Positions 42,750 to 64,000 of a DNA stretch of 64,000 nt are shown here, in pieces. The stretch lies in assembly GCF_009914755.1 (NCBI RefSeq), contig NC_060930.1; one strand, 5' to 3'. The position numbers and the translations under genes are program-made. The notes under the pieces are model-generated. The model was not told where the DNA came from. It did no database searches and saw nothing but the letters and a program-made list of their open reading frames with translations. Source of the DNA: the human T2T-CHM13v2.0 reference genome, Homo sapiens. Position 1 is the first letter of the stretch; every line of letters starts with the position of its first letter.

Positions 42750-43900
42750 CCCTGCGTTCCCAACTCCCTCACGGCTTCCCTCCCATCCCACCCACTCGGC
42801 CCCCCAAACCCGCCGTCCCCACCCCTCTCCCCAAATCCGTCGCCATTGACTGCCCGCCCCAATCCTCCAAATCCTGGCCTGTCACCTTCACATCAGCCTC
42901 CCATCTCCCTACGGCGCCTCTGGTCCCCCACCTGGATGAGCAGCTTCACGTAGAGCAGGGGATGGCTGAGCGCCGTCACGCCCGCGCCCAGTGCCACGAA
43001 AAGAGCCTCAGTGGTCGGGGCGTTGTCCCCAGACCCCAGGCCCCCTGACCCGCCATCCATCCTGCGGGCCGAGGGCTGAGCCGCAGGCCGAGGGTGGCGA
43101 GGATGTGCGCGGTGCGCGGGCGGTGGATCGCGAGCTCGAGCCTCGACCCCCGCCGCCGCTCCGCCGCGAGCTCCGGCTCCAGCTCCGGCTCCCGCCATCC
43201 CCGCGGCACCGCCGCGAGCCCAGGGCGCCACTTCCGGGTCCGAAGCTCCCATGGCGCCCGGCGGCGAGGTCACTCCCCGTCACGTGACGGGGCCACGCCC
43301 CCTCACCGGCGTCAGGGGGCGGGGCCGGGGCGCACCACTCCAGGCCGCGGGGGAGCTCGGGAGCGTGGTGCGGCGGGTGGGACACGCCGGATGTGGCTCC
43401 CCGGCCGGTTGGAGGCCTAGCAGGACACTGGGCTGCGGGCCGGGGGTCAATGGTGGCGGGCAGCCGGGGCCCCGGGCTCGGGAGCTGTGGCGGCAGCCGC
43501 AGGCCGGGGCGCTCCCCCGGGATGCCCAGAGCACGCGGGGGCGGGGTTCGGCGCCTCTGGCTGCCAGACGTCCCCAATATGGTCTGAGGCGCTTCCAAGC
43601 CACCTCCCTGGCTTCGGGAGTTTTCTCTGCAGTTCTCTGCCCGCCCCTTTGCGGCCCAGATCCCAGTCGCCGCGGCCTGCGTGGAACTCTGCGCGAGCTG
43701 AATCTCCTGCTGCAGGACGAGCCCCGACCCCGAGCCCGATCCCCTCCGCGGTCCCAGCCTCTTTGTCCGATCGCATTTTCCATCTCCTCTGCCAGGAATG
43801 CTCTCCCAACCAGAGCAAATCCAGATGTCCCCTCGGCGACTGTGGGCACCCTCCCCAGCTGTGGAGCCTTCGCACGCCTTCCTCAGAGTCCGTGGTTGTA
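42750..43900. promoter_or_regulatory. MTCH1: CpG-island promoter of MTCH1
   Basis: Very high GC and CpG density; Sp/KLF boxes (ggccacgcccc, ggggcgggg), E-box GTCACGTGAC at 43279-43288, ETS-type acttccgg at ~43230. Confidence 0.9.
42932..43252 (-). CDS. MTCH1: MTCH1 exon 1 CDS
   Basis: Kozak gcgccATGG; [21 protein letters not shown]...[14 protein letters not shown]; donor CAG|gtgggg; 321 nt. Confidence 0.96.
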
Positions 43901-45574
43901 AAATTTGTTTTGCTCTAAAGTATTTGACTGTCTCCCTCACTAGATCCTGAGGGTTTTAGTGAGTGCCTCAGTGTGAGCACATGCAGGCACTGCTAGGCGC
44001 CTGTAGTTGATTCTTAGTTAATACAAGTGAATAATCACAACTAGACCTTAAATTGCAGGGACTATGTGACAGGCACTTTTTAAAATGCTTTATACGTGTT
44101 GATTTAAGTGTAATCGTCACAACAACCCTGCGAGGAAGATAGGACAGCAAGTGCCCTGTTCCTGTTTGTAAACGTGCCCGACACTCTGCAACAACACCTA
44201 CAACAGAACCGTGCTAGTTTTGGGGGTTCGCAATAAAAGTTTCTGTTTGAATGGATCCTAGAGTGTGCAGGGACACAGCAATGGAAGACCTGGTCCCTTT
44301 GTCTGTACTTAGTCTATAGCCAGTTCATTGTGAGAAATTTCTTTAGATCGACACCTGCCACTGTTAATCCGGGTTTCCCAGTCTGTCCTTTCTAACTCCC
44401 TTCCTGCCTTACCCCCTAAAAAGCTACCTCCCCTCTTCCCACTCCTGATAATGAACACTATGTACTTTCCACGTTCAAAGCATGCCACACTCCCTCTCTC
44501 CCTCACCTTGGCCTCCCTAACCCAGGCTTGTCCTAGTGAAATCACTTGCAAAGCCTGCTAGCCCTTTCAACTTGCTGTGTTTTCTCCATCAAACACAATT
44601 TTCATCAAACATCCCCCAGGAGCACCTTAAATGACTTCCTTTTGCCTAGGTTCTGATTTAGCTTTCTCAATAAGGACCTCAAAGTCAAGTTCCTAGTGCC
44701 ACACTAACTCTCTACCCAGAAGAGGCGATAGGTTTTAGTTTGGGGGTGGGGGGTGGGGGTAGGGGAGGATGATTTACTTCCCCATCCTTCTGAAACTTCC
44801 TCACAGGAACCTTTTCCTTCTTTGGGCTTTTCGTCCCCATTTTTCTCCAACTGTCTGTTTTTCTTTCTGAACTTGGCTGTTCACCGTTGAGCCTTTTACT
44901 CTGCCTTACATGGTCACCTAACTTTGGGCCTATACTGTATTTGGCCCTTTCAAACTGTAGTTTCATGTAAAGCAGCAACTTTGTGTTGTCTTGCATTGTT
45001 TTGTATCTTCCACAACATCAGATATAGGACTATGCACATAGTACATGTTCAGTAAAGTATTTCTAAATGATCGAACAATTTCTCCAAGTGAAGAAATTGA
45101 AGGAAAAATAGATCAGCTAAACCAGTTAGACCCGTAGGGTACCAAGCAGAAGCAAATGTTAAACTGCACAATAGCTGTATTTCTACAACTAAGGGCTCAC
45201 AGAGACTCCAAGAGGAAGAAAAAAAGAATCCTCACAATAAAAAATGTATGAGCCGCTCAAAGAAACGTGCCATCATGAGAGAGAATGGGCAAAACAGGAA
45301 GAACTTGAGATAATAGAACCATCTCAAAGAAAATTAAAAGGAAAGAAGTAGGTTTCAAATGAAGGCAAAGATAAATAATAGGAAGTACTAGTAAAAAGAA
45401 CAGGAATTGTAAAGGAAAAAAAAAAACAGGTGTATTTGAAAAGGTGCCAAACAGAACATCTAGAAATGAAAAGTATACTCACTGAAATGATTGAATGAAA
45501 GAAAATCTTCCTCAGCAGTCAAGCTACTGAGCAACCTGGCAATAAACCTTTAGAGCTATAAAGGAGTTAGCTCT

Positions 45575-45868
<294 letters not shown>

Positions 45869-46429
45869 GGCTGTAAGCTCTGGGCTTGGGTAGTGCCCCC
45901 CACTTCGGTGCCACCACCCTCTGCATATGCCACCTCACATATGCAGTGCTGACCACACTGCACTGTGACTGCCTGTTTTCTTGTCAGTCTCCCTTGTTAG
46001 ACTGTAAGCTCTTTGACAGCCAGGACTGTTCTATTCATAGTTGAACCCCAAGCCTGGCTCAATGCCTGGCACATGATAGGAACACAACAAATATTACTAG
46101 AAAATGAATGACTGAGCAAAAACACTCTCCAAAATTGTACAGTTTTTTATGGTAGCACTAATTACAGAATCAAAACTTTAGGAAGATCCATGTGCCCGAT
46201 AGGATCAAGCAAAAGGAAAAAGGTTAACAGGAAATAAGACTCGTAGATCTTGAGAACTGCCAAGAATACAGACCATCCCAGGTCCCTGGAATCCTGTGGG
46301 ATATGTTGTAATGAAAAGTAAATGCAAATTAGTAAGTACCCACCATTGCAATTAATTTGACATCATACTGATCCAGTCAGGAGGGAACTGAGGTGATGTC
46401 AAGGGCGGCATCAGAGTTCTGGCCTCACC

Positions 46430-46770
46430 TGATGTTTTCTGCTGTTAACAGAATACTACAGACTGGGTAAGTTATAAAAAAAGAAACTTATTTCTCACAG
46501 TTCTGGAGGCAGAGAAGTCCAAAAACGTGGCATCAGCGTCTGGGGAGGGTCATCCCATGGCAGAAGGTGGAAGGCGGAGTGAGCACACTAGACAGAGAGA
46601 TCAAACGGGGGCTGAACTTGTCCTTTTTTCTGAAGCCCATTCTTGAGATAACTAATCCACTCCTGAGATAGGAGCATTAATCTCCTCTTAAAGTTCCCAT
46701 CGTTAATACCATTACATTGACAGTTAAATTTCAACTTGAGTTTTGGCAGGAACATTTAAACCATAGCTCC
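46430..46770. mobile_element. MaLR LTR (MST/MLT1A-like)
   Basis: aacagaatactacagactgggtaag...ttatttctcacagttctggaggc...cccatggcagaagg...ttaaatttcaac...aaaccatagc. Confidence 0.75.
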
Positions 46771-46975
46771 AGGGAAGGTGCACAAGGTGTAAGGAGAATC
46801 AACCTTGGTGTAAAGAAGATGGGCTCATTTCGATGTAGGATTCCTGTTTACTAGTTTTGGGTGAGAACTAGTTCCGGTTGCTGCCTCTGATCACCTGCTT
46901 GTCTGGGGTGAGGGCGAGGTGGGAGTGGAAACACTGGCTTTTCTTCTGTCTTGGATCCCTGGGGTCCCACCCTCA

Positions 46976-51000
<4,025 letters not shown>

Positions 51001-51233
51001 TCTGGGCATCTTATTGTGCAAACATTATTCTTTAATTAAGGAAGAATATATTTTAATGTATTATTAAAATTTAACAATTTTAAGAATACATTTTCACATT
51101 TTAGTGGGCATCTGGGGGTTTTAAAGGGAAGGGACTGCACACATTCATGTAAATCCTAATGTAATCAGAAAAATGGACTACTCTCTTCACTGCTTCTCCA
51201 CAACTCCTTGGCAAAGAGTCTGAATCCTTATAA

Positions 51234-51441
51234 GCAATGCTGTGCTGGTAAGCATGTAACAACGGGCTCTCTAGGGGGGAAAATGTTCTGGTTTACAGCA
51301 CTTACCAATTCATCTGGTATAAATACTCTCGCCATGGCTGATTTCAAGCTGCTGATGTGATGTCACTGAGCATGAAGTTGGGAAGAGCTGGGCACAACTG
51401 AATTTTGCAAGCCAGTGTGAGCCAACTCTGGCACATCACTG
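51234..51441. mobile_element. MER63-like (hAT) element
   Basis: caatgctgtgctggtaa...aacaacgggctctc...aaatactc..ccatggctgatttcaagct...tgtgagccaactctggcacatcactg with imperfect terminal inverted repeats. Confidence 0.65.
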
Positions 51442-51509
51442 CAACAACCCTTTATTTTGAAGGTTCAGGGATTCTTGGCAGAGCTGAGAATACATTAAAC
51501 AGTGTCTTA

Positions 51510-54280
<2,771 letters not shown>

Positions 54281-56667
54281 AGACATATCCCTAATGTAGA
54301 CCAGAAGAAGGGACCCTTGAAAAGAATGGGGAAACTGAGGCTAAAGTAGGGCCATCCAGCCAGCTTTCTTCCTGAATTGCCCTGCAGAGGACTGGGAATG
54401 TCTGGGGGTTCTTTTGTTTTGTTTTTTCTTTTGTTCCCTAGGAATCAGACGGAGGGAATGGGGCATGACAGAAGGGAGGGTGGCTCACTCACGTTGGAGC
54501 CCTGAGGCCACAACTGGTGGGAAACTGAGGTGCATTTGTCAGGTCAGAGGGCCCAGGCCCTGGGTTGGGGTTGGGGAACAGGGCCGGAGCTTGGCTTGAT
54601 AGGAGCTGCTCCAAGGAAAGACCAAAAGCCAAACTCAGGGAAGGCAAGAGGTGGAGGAAAGAGAACCTTCCACAACCCCCTCCCGCATGCTGGAATGTGC
54701 TGCTCCCCACTCAGAAAGGATGTGTGGAGGGCCTACTGTTTGGCAGGCACTGTACTAACTTCTGGGGACCCAGAGACAAATGAGCCAAGGTCCTGCCCCT
54801 TCTGGATCTTGTGAGGACTGAGGCCTCGGATGGGATTTGGGTTTCATTTCTCCTTGTTTCCCAAGGTCCCAGCACAGGGGCTATTTGCTGAGAGCAAAGA
54901 AGGAAGGGACCTGGTGGGAGGAGGGGCGGGAACTCGGCAGCTCCTTGATGGGAGCAATGGGCTGTTAGTGGGCTCCTGTGTGGTTGTTACATAACAGCTC
55001 CCTGGAAGAAGGTACAAGAGGAGCCTAGTAACAAGATGCATTCATGCAGAAATCACAGGCAGAGAATAAGTCGTGCTATTGTGTGGGAAGATAGCGGAGA
55101 GGTAGCACAGGTGGGGGAATGGGTCGTGGGAGAAAGGTCGTCAGTGTGGAGGGCAGCGGGCTGGCTGTGCAGGAACAATGTGTTCCCTTTCTCCACTTGG
55201 AAACCTGTCAATTCTCTCCAAGCCACTCATGTTTCTGTGTGAGCGCTGTGAAGAACCAAGCAGTCAGGGCCTTGAGAAAGGCCTACAACTATTTGGATAG
55301 AGAAGGAGCCTGTCGCTGGGTGTGAGGCCCCTGCATGGCGGCTGAGTGCTTGCACTCTGGGTGCCTTCTCAGGCACAGCCTGGCACCACTCCTGGGCTCT
55401 GGCCTTGCTTTACTGGCTCCTTTCTGGCACCTCCCTGCCCAGATCCCGGCCCTGGCTCTGCCAGGCCCCCTCTCCTCCCCTAGAAACACAATCCTTGCCT
55501 CTGCCGTCTCCCAGTGTCCCGGGGGCGTATCTCCTGCCAGCCTGCACATTCACTGTGGGTTCAGCCCGCCTGCGATTTCACTCTTGGTTTCCCTCCTTGG
55601 GCCCCACCTGATCTCTGCTTCTAGTGACCTTGAGTTCTTCCTGAATAGTGGGGTGGGTGCCAGGGCCTGGCACAAGCCTTGCCCAATCCTTGTGAATGCC
55701 AACTTTGAAACTAGATAGTTCACACGCTGAAGAAGAAAGAGCTGTTTATGTTCTTCACTGACGTCCTCTGGCCACCCACGTCAGGCCTGACACCCATCTG
55801 CCCCCCACGTCAGGCCTGACACCCCTTTGCTATCTGGGCTGTGCTCTCAGAGCAGATCCTCCTGGGCAGTGAGCCGCAAGGAGCCTGTATTGAGAGAGGT
55901 GGGTTTTGCCTCCCGGTATTCCTCACAGGGCTGAACCAACTCGGAATAATTCCACTCCTCAGGTTGACAGTAACATTTAGGAGCACCCAGGCCACAGAGG
56001 GTCAGGGGCATATAGCAGGCAAAATATAGGGAGGTTCCTGGAAAAGGTGAAAGCGGGAAGGCCGGCGGGCCTTCCACAGAAGGGGCCAGCACCCTTCCAG
56101 AAGAAAGCCTCGGCAAAGGGTGGAATTTCCGGCAGAGGGACAGAGTGGAACAATTCTGGCTGCTTGGAGGAGGGGACAGATGAGACGAGTCTCCAAGGGA
56201 GCCCAGCTTTGTTCAGCTTCCTCCCTCCAAGCCAGGGATCGGAGGCCCTTGGCGCCCATCCCTCCCATCGGCAGTGTGGCCTCTGCCCACCATGTGACTA
56301 CCCAGACAGCGCCCTCACTAGGGCCTTCCAAAAGCAGGGGGTGGGGGTGGGCAGGAGGAGGGGGTGAGGCGGAGACCGAGAGGGGTGGCAAGGGTCACGG
56401 CAGCCTCTGGCACAGGTTTCAGCTGGCTGCCTGCATCCTCTCTAGAGCCGCATCATCCCAGCTCACAGGCCTGTCTGTCACGGGCCATTAAGCCCTTGGC
56501 AGGTGCTGTGTGCTTGACTGAGGCTGGAGGTGGGATGGCTGGCAAGGGGGAGCCTGGGAACATGCCAGCCTGTCCCCTCCAGTCCTTGTCACCCTGAAGA
56601 TAAATGCTCCTTTGGGGAGTCCTCACTGTCCCCGGAAAGGCTACACCTGGTGAACCCCTGCAGATTT

Positions 56668-56797
56668 GCTACACACACACCGTTCATACACACAATGCAC
56701 ACATACATACATGCACGTGCACACACGCGCAACCTACACACACACTAGATACACACATGTCACATACACACCCCACAAATACACACATATACACTCA
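56668..56797. repeat. Degenerate (CA)n / (CACATA)n simple repeat
   Basis: About 130 bp of imperfect CA-rich repeat. Confidence 0.85.
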
Positions 56798-57357
56798 TAG
56801 CATCCTGATCCTAAGTTGTGACACTTCCTCCCTGGCAGCCTCTAAATGCCCCTTCTGCTTTCCCAAAGTTGCCCCAAGAGGTCCTCTGGGCGCCTCCAAT
56901 CTACACACAAAGCCGCTCTGCATGCACCCCAGGGTAGAGATCCCTCGCCAGCCGAGTCCCCACCTGGCCCTGCAGTTCTGCTTGGGCATCCCTCCCTCAC
57001 CCTCCCTCCCACCTTCCCCCATCTGAGCTGTAGGGAACTGAGCTCTTCCATCTTCCCTTGGGCTTGAAAGCAGAGAAGAGGAGAAAAAAACAAGAGGTTT
57101 ATTCATGCCAAAGACCCCAAGAGCCCTGAAATGGAGACATTGCCCCTGCTCAGAGGGAGATCTGTAGACTGGATCAGGGGCTACTCTGCTGAAAACGCTA
57201 TACTCACTCCCCTAACCTTCTAAGCACCTCAGTTTGGCAGACAAAGCCTAGCAGGCCAGGCTTCCAGGACCCCTTCAGCTGCGGGTTCCACCATTTCCCA
57301 GGCCCTGGACACCCACGTGTGCGAGGCCCTGTGTTCTTCCCAGTCTAGCCATGGTAG

Positions 57358-57752
<395 letters not shown>

Positions 57753-57836
57753 CATCCTTCATCTTTCATACTTCAAGTCACCTCTGCCACAAAGCCTTCT
57801 GATGACCCTTCTTTGGATGTTCATAACTCCCTTGTA

Positions 57837-58150
<314 letters not shown>

Positions 58151-58466
58151 TAACTCCCTTGTTCAAAGCTTTCATCACATCCTATTTTAGTGGTTAACAG
58201 GCCCATCTTCCTTATTAGAGTTTGAGCTAAAGGGCTGGGGACTGTGTTTTATCTACAACCTCTACTATGGTATTGACACATAGTAGGTGCTCAAGAAACA
58301 CTTATCTACTGAATGCGTGACTTAATGAATAGGGCGGAAAAGACAAAATTAAACAGAGAGGAACACCAGGTCTCTGAGGAGGAAAATGAATTTCCAGCAG
58401 TAGGTATAAAGGAAGGCTTCCTGGAGGAAGTGAACCGGCTGTAGACAGACTGAAGACACTCTAGGC

Positions 58467-58753
58467 CAGGGATCCCGTAGCCTATTAGGAACTGGGCCGT
58501 ACTGCAGGAGGTGAGTGGCGGGTGAGCGTTACCACCTGAGTTCTGCCTCATGTCCCATCAGCAGTGGCATTAGATTCTCATAAGAGTGCGAATCCTATTG
58601 TGAACTGTGCATGTGAGGGATCTAGTTTGCTCACTCTTTATGAGAATCTAATTCCTGATGATCTGAGTGGAACAGTTTCATCCCAAAATCATCTCCCCAC
58701 CCCCCGCAACCCCAGAAACCAGTCCCTCGTGCCAAAAAGGTTGGGGACCACTG
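58467..58753 (+). mobile_element. MER1B (hAT-Charlie)
   Basis: caggga...gcattagattctcata...ttatgagaatctaat...aaaaaggttggggaccactg; 8-bp TSD ctctaggc on both sides. Confidence 0.85.
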
Positions 58754-60589
58754 CTCTAGGCAAAGGGAACTGATTGGTCAAGGCAGAGCGGAGCTATAGC
58801 AAAGGCTTCTCTCAAAAGTAAGAATGCTGGTAGCCAACAGTCACCGAGTACCTACTCAGTACCAGGCCTTACTCTAACCTCTTCTATATATTATTATCCC
58901 ATTTAATCTTCATAACAACCACAGGAGGTTGGCAGTATAATTATCCCCATGTGGCAGAAGAGGAAAGTGAAGTTCTGTTACTGGTCCAAGGTGCTACAGA
59001 GAAGCAGAAGGACCGGGAGTGACACAATACAGAAGATGGAAGAGCTCAGTTCCCTGCAGCTCAGATGGGGGAAGGTGGGAGGGAGAGAGTGTGAGGGAGG
59101 GATGCCCAAGCCAGAACTGCAGGGATCCAATACAGAATACAGAATTTGACCTTATACAGTGTGGGAGCTTCTTAAAGAGTTAATGCTTCTGAGTCTAAAG
59201 TAAGCAGGGCAGGCAGTGGGGAGGAGAAGCCGGCAGGGAGGTAGGGGGAGCAAAGAGGAACTGAACTAGTCAGGAAGAGCTGGGACTCTGGAGGACGGAC
59301 AGGTGGCCACCTCCAAGCCATCAACTTTGATGACACAGGTTATCTTTGTCCTGGAGCTAAGCATGCACCTGGCCCAGGAGCTGGACAAGCTGAAAAGGAA
59401 GATCAGTGGAGAAGCAACAGACGCACATCAACATGTATGATCTGCAACAGGGCTGGAGCTCTGCACTGACCCAGGAACAAAACAGGGCTGCTATATCCCC
59501 TCCTGCATCCATGGCTAACAGTAGTCCAGACCATGCAGGGAAGGGGATTCTGGGGCTGTGGCTCAGCGTGGCTCAGCTTAGCTCAGCCACAGTACCCGGC
59601 AGGTTTGGATCCCAACACAGATTAGGTGTGTGCAGGCAAGAAGTAGCTGAGAGTGTCAACCAGGAGGATCTTGATGGCTGCCCCAGTGAGTTTGAGATGA
59701 CTTCAGTGCAATAATGGTGCTGGCTTTAGAGAGTTGTGTGTTGAGTTGGAAGCAAAGGTAGGCATCTACCTGGTGATATCCTGAAGGTGTTGGACATATC
59801 CACTGGGTAGAAGGGCAGGAAAAGGTACCAGTGGGACCTCCAGGATAAATTCTGAATTGGGTGGGAGGTGTGTGTGAATGAGGAGACCAGAAGGCCGAGG
59901 CTGAGTCTCAGGTGATGCCTGCAGGTACAGGCAGAAAGCCTGGCAGACTGTGAGGGGCCCAAGTCAGAGTGGTAGGGGACAGGGGAAGCAGAGCCTTGGA
60001 TGATGAGGGAAGGTTGTTTTGGGGGTGTAGACATCTTGGCCTCTTTTTCCTGGAGGGAAGCAGCTCTGATGGTGCCTGTGCCATCTTCAGGGTTAGGGTA
60101 TTGGAGGCCTCTTGAAGGCCCACCTACCCACCCTCCAGCCCCCATGGGAGGGGCAGGTCCCATTGTTCAGGCTTGGATGATCAAAGCACTGGCAGCTGAG
60201 GGGTAAGACAATCCTCTGCGGCTTGGGGTGTGATGTCTGTCCATTCCACATGCCTTCTGAGGCCCCACTGTATGCGGGAAGGGCGCTGGGGTTGGGGACC
60301 CACCAGGAAGTGCACGTACTCAGGTGTGCCCTGCGTGGAGGGAGCAAGCCAGCCAGTGAGCAGAGAGACTGGTGGGAGGCAGAGGAGGAAATCCAGGAGA
60401 GGAACACCAGGGAGGGAGGCGCCCCCAGGCCAGGGAGGGCATCGGGAAGAAGTGGCATTTAAAGGTGATTCTGATCGAGCCTCTAGACCTAACCACCATC
60501 GACAGGAAATCCAGGGTATGGCGCTGCAATGGGCTAAGTCCTGGCTGTGGGACCTACAGGACAAACAACCCAGGGTCCCTCCACTATGC

Positions 60590-61480
<891 letters not shown>

Positions 61481-62257
61481 AATGGAGGTTTGTGAGACTT
61501 AGGGTTTGGGGCAGGGGGCCCGGCATCTGGTGGGAGAAACCACTCAGACGAGGCTTGGGGTGAGGGCGGCTGTTGGGCATGTGAGGCCCCAGGGGTTCAC
61601 AGTTACTGGAGCGTGAAGCTGTTCCAGGCACTTCACGTACCAAGAGCACCGAGGCTCAGGCCCTGCACTCCAGGACACAGACCAGGTTCAGTGGAGAGCC
61701 CTGGTGGGACCAGAGCCCAGTGGGAGGGCCCTGAACGGCCTGTGGGGCTTGAAGGAGGGGAACAGAGGCAGCGTCCATTTGTTCTGTAAGGGCCGGGAGA
61801 CCAGGTGGTAAAGGAGGCCTCAGGCAAAGACAACCCAGTGTCCTGGGATCAGGGAGGCCTGGGGATGGAGCAGCAAGAACATGGTCATCCAGGCTCCCAA
61901 CGAACCTTTGCTGGAACTGTAGGACACCCACTTTTGCTTTGGAAATCCAACTTCTCTTGTATTCTTCCTGGGTGACCTTGGGCAAGTTACTTAACCTCTC
62001 TGATTCTGTTTCTTCCTATGTAAAGTGGGGATAGGAATAGTACCTACCTCATGAGGTTGTTATAGGATTAATAAGAAAATACTCATAAGCATGAAAAAGA
62101 GTGCATGTTAGCTATTATTATCCTCTGAGTTTCAGGGAGGAAACTGCCCTCCCTTGGGGCAATGAGGTGATGACAGCAACAACTAAAATGAGAGAACCCC
62201 AGTGGGGAGGTGGGAACATCACAGTACTCCCTGCCACCCTTACCAGGTTTGTGATTA

Positions 62258-62848
<591 letters not shown>

Positions 62849-63022
62849 AGACTGGGCTCCAGAAGCTACCTCTGGGCCCTGTTGCCACCTCTTAGGTGGC
62901 TTCTGGAATGGGGGTCTACAGGTGTGAAAGGTCAGCCCCCCTGAGGGAGAGGTGGGGCCCGAGCAGGCTCCTCCCACTGCGGGAGTGCTGGCCTTTCCCC
63001 TGCAGGGCTGTGGCTCTGGGAC

Positions 63023-63034
63023 CACTTCCTCTTT
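63023..63034 (-). promoter_or_regulatory. FGD2: PU.1/SPI-B (ETS) box in the FGD2 promoter
   Basis: cacttcctcttt = AAAGAGGAAGTG, an exact PU-box consensus, ~170 nt upstream of the ATG. Confidence 0.65.
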
Positions 63035-63201
63035 CTTCACTCTGAAGCCAAGAGCCGACCTTCTGAGCCCTCAAGAAAGATCAGAACAGATTCATGGGTG
63101 ATTTAGCCTATCTGTCCCAGGCCAGCGTGGCTGAGTGTGCTGGCTGGAGGCCTCTCTCTCTGCTTCGAGGGTAGCTGAGATCCACCCCGGAAACCGGCAG
63201 G

Positions 63202-63269
63202 ATGAAGGGGGCAAGTGAGGAGAAGCTGGCATCTGTGTCCAACCTGGTCACTGTGTTTGAGAATAGCAG
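63202..63269 (+). CDS. FGD2: FGD2 (FYVE, RhoGEF and PH domain containing 2) first coding exon; the gene continues beyond the window
   Basis: aggATGAAG; MKGASEEKLASVSNLVTVFENS matches the FGD2 N-terminus as I recall it; donor AG|gtatgg; 68 nt; position next to MTCH1 fits known gene order. Confidence 0.88.
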
Positions 63270-64000
63270 GTATGGGCAGCTGGGGTGGGAGGGTCACCAT
63301 GGTGGGCTGGCAGCCACCCTCCAGCCTTTCTGGCAGCTCTCTCCCTGGGCCCTGCCCCGGACCCTCCTCCTGCAGGGGCAGCCCCGCGTTCCTCGGTCAC
63401 GGATTCCTTGGAGCATGGGAGAGTGTCGGTGGGACACCAGGAGCCAGGCAGGGGTGAGAGTGCCAGTGTGTGTTGGGAGAGTCCAGACAGGTGTGGTTAC
63501 GAGCAAGCATGGGCAGACCAAAGCCTGTGTGTGGGCACAGGACCCCACCCAGTGCCTGCCAGCACCTCTCAGAAAAGGTAGCTGATACTCACCAAGAATT
63601 TACGCCCTATGATTAGGATAACCATATAATTTATCATTCAGCACACAATTGAAACTGAAAGTAAATGCCAAATAAAATGTGGTGGTTGTGGGGGAGGCAT
63701 TACAGGTAAAGCTGGGACCGTATGAGGCAAACCAGGATGTACGGGCAGCATCCTGATGGGGTACTCCCTACTCTAAGTTCATGTCCTTACTTATTTAATT
63801 TAGTCATCGAACAGCCTAACAGGGGTAGATTCTGTTTCTGTTCCCGTCTTATAGATGAGGAAATGGAGACACAGAGAGGTGAGGATGCCAAGTGCTTTAA
63901 GTATCTGGGGCAATGCTGGGGCGTCTGTCTGGAGGGAAAAGGCTGGGCCAGATGCGTGGAGTCATTGGTAGCCCTGGGAGCATGTGTGTTTGTGTGTGTG

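Noticed and set aside
42267-42953. 228-aa Pro/Ser-rich antisense ORF
   Set aside because: By-product of the C-rich strand skew; non-ATG start.
43008-43940. 310-, 216- and 189-aa ORFs across the MTCH1 promoter
   Set aside because: CpG-island stop-codon depletion; low-complexity translations without homology cues.
58568-58652. cattagattctcataag...ttatgagaatctaat hairpin
   Set aside because: Intrinsic internal palindrome of MER1B, not locus-specific.

Overview
Human genomic DNA, recognisable from protein sequence as the PI16-MTCH1-FGD2 region (6p21.2). It holds the complete PI16 coding gene on the + strand (6 coding exons summing to 1392 nt = 463 aa + stop, plus a probable 3'UTR exon after a GC-AG intron). 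It also holds the complete, convergent MTCH1 gene on the - strand (12 coding exons summing to 1170 nt = 389 aa + stop; an alternative exon-8 donor gives 372 aa) with a CpG-island promoter, and the first coding exon of FGD2 (+). The rest is dense in interspersed repeats: a full-length SVA, about 30 Alus including a young AluYb8, old L1/L2/MIR, MER82, MER20, MER1B, MER63, MADE1 and MaLR LTRs. Main unexplained structure: (1) a ~270-bp, ~87% identical inverted repeat in MTCH1 intron 7 that I do not recognise as a known repeat; (2) evidence that the SVA carries a ~200-bp 3' transduction; (3) an exact 27-bp duplication in MTCH1 introns 8 and 10 that creates competing base-pairing around exons 9-10; (4) a ~90-bp inverted duplication upstream of FGD2; (5) a strand-skewed, CAAATC-rich ~4-kb tract in MTCH1 intron 1; (6) a perfect 18-bp CLEAR/E-box palindrome at the MTCH1 start and tandem UPRE-type sites upstream of FGD2. 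Repeat family names and boundaries were assigned by eye and are approximate. Most ORFs in the supplied track are spurious.
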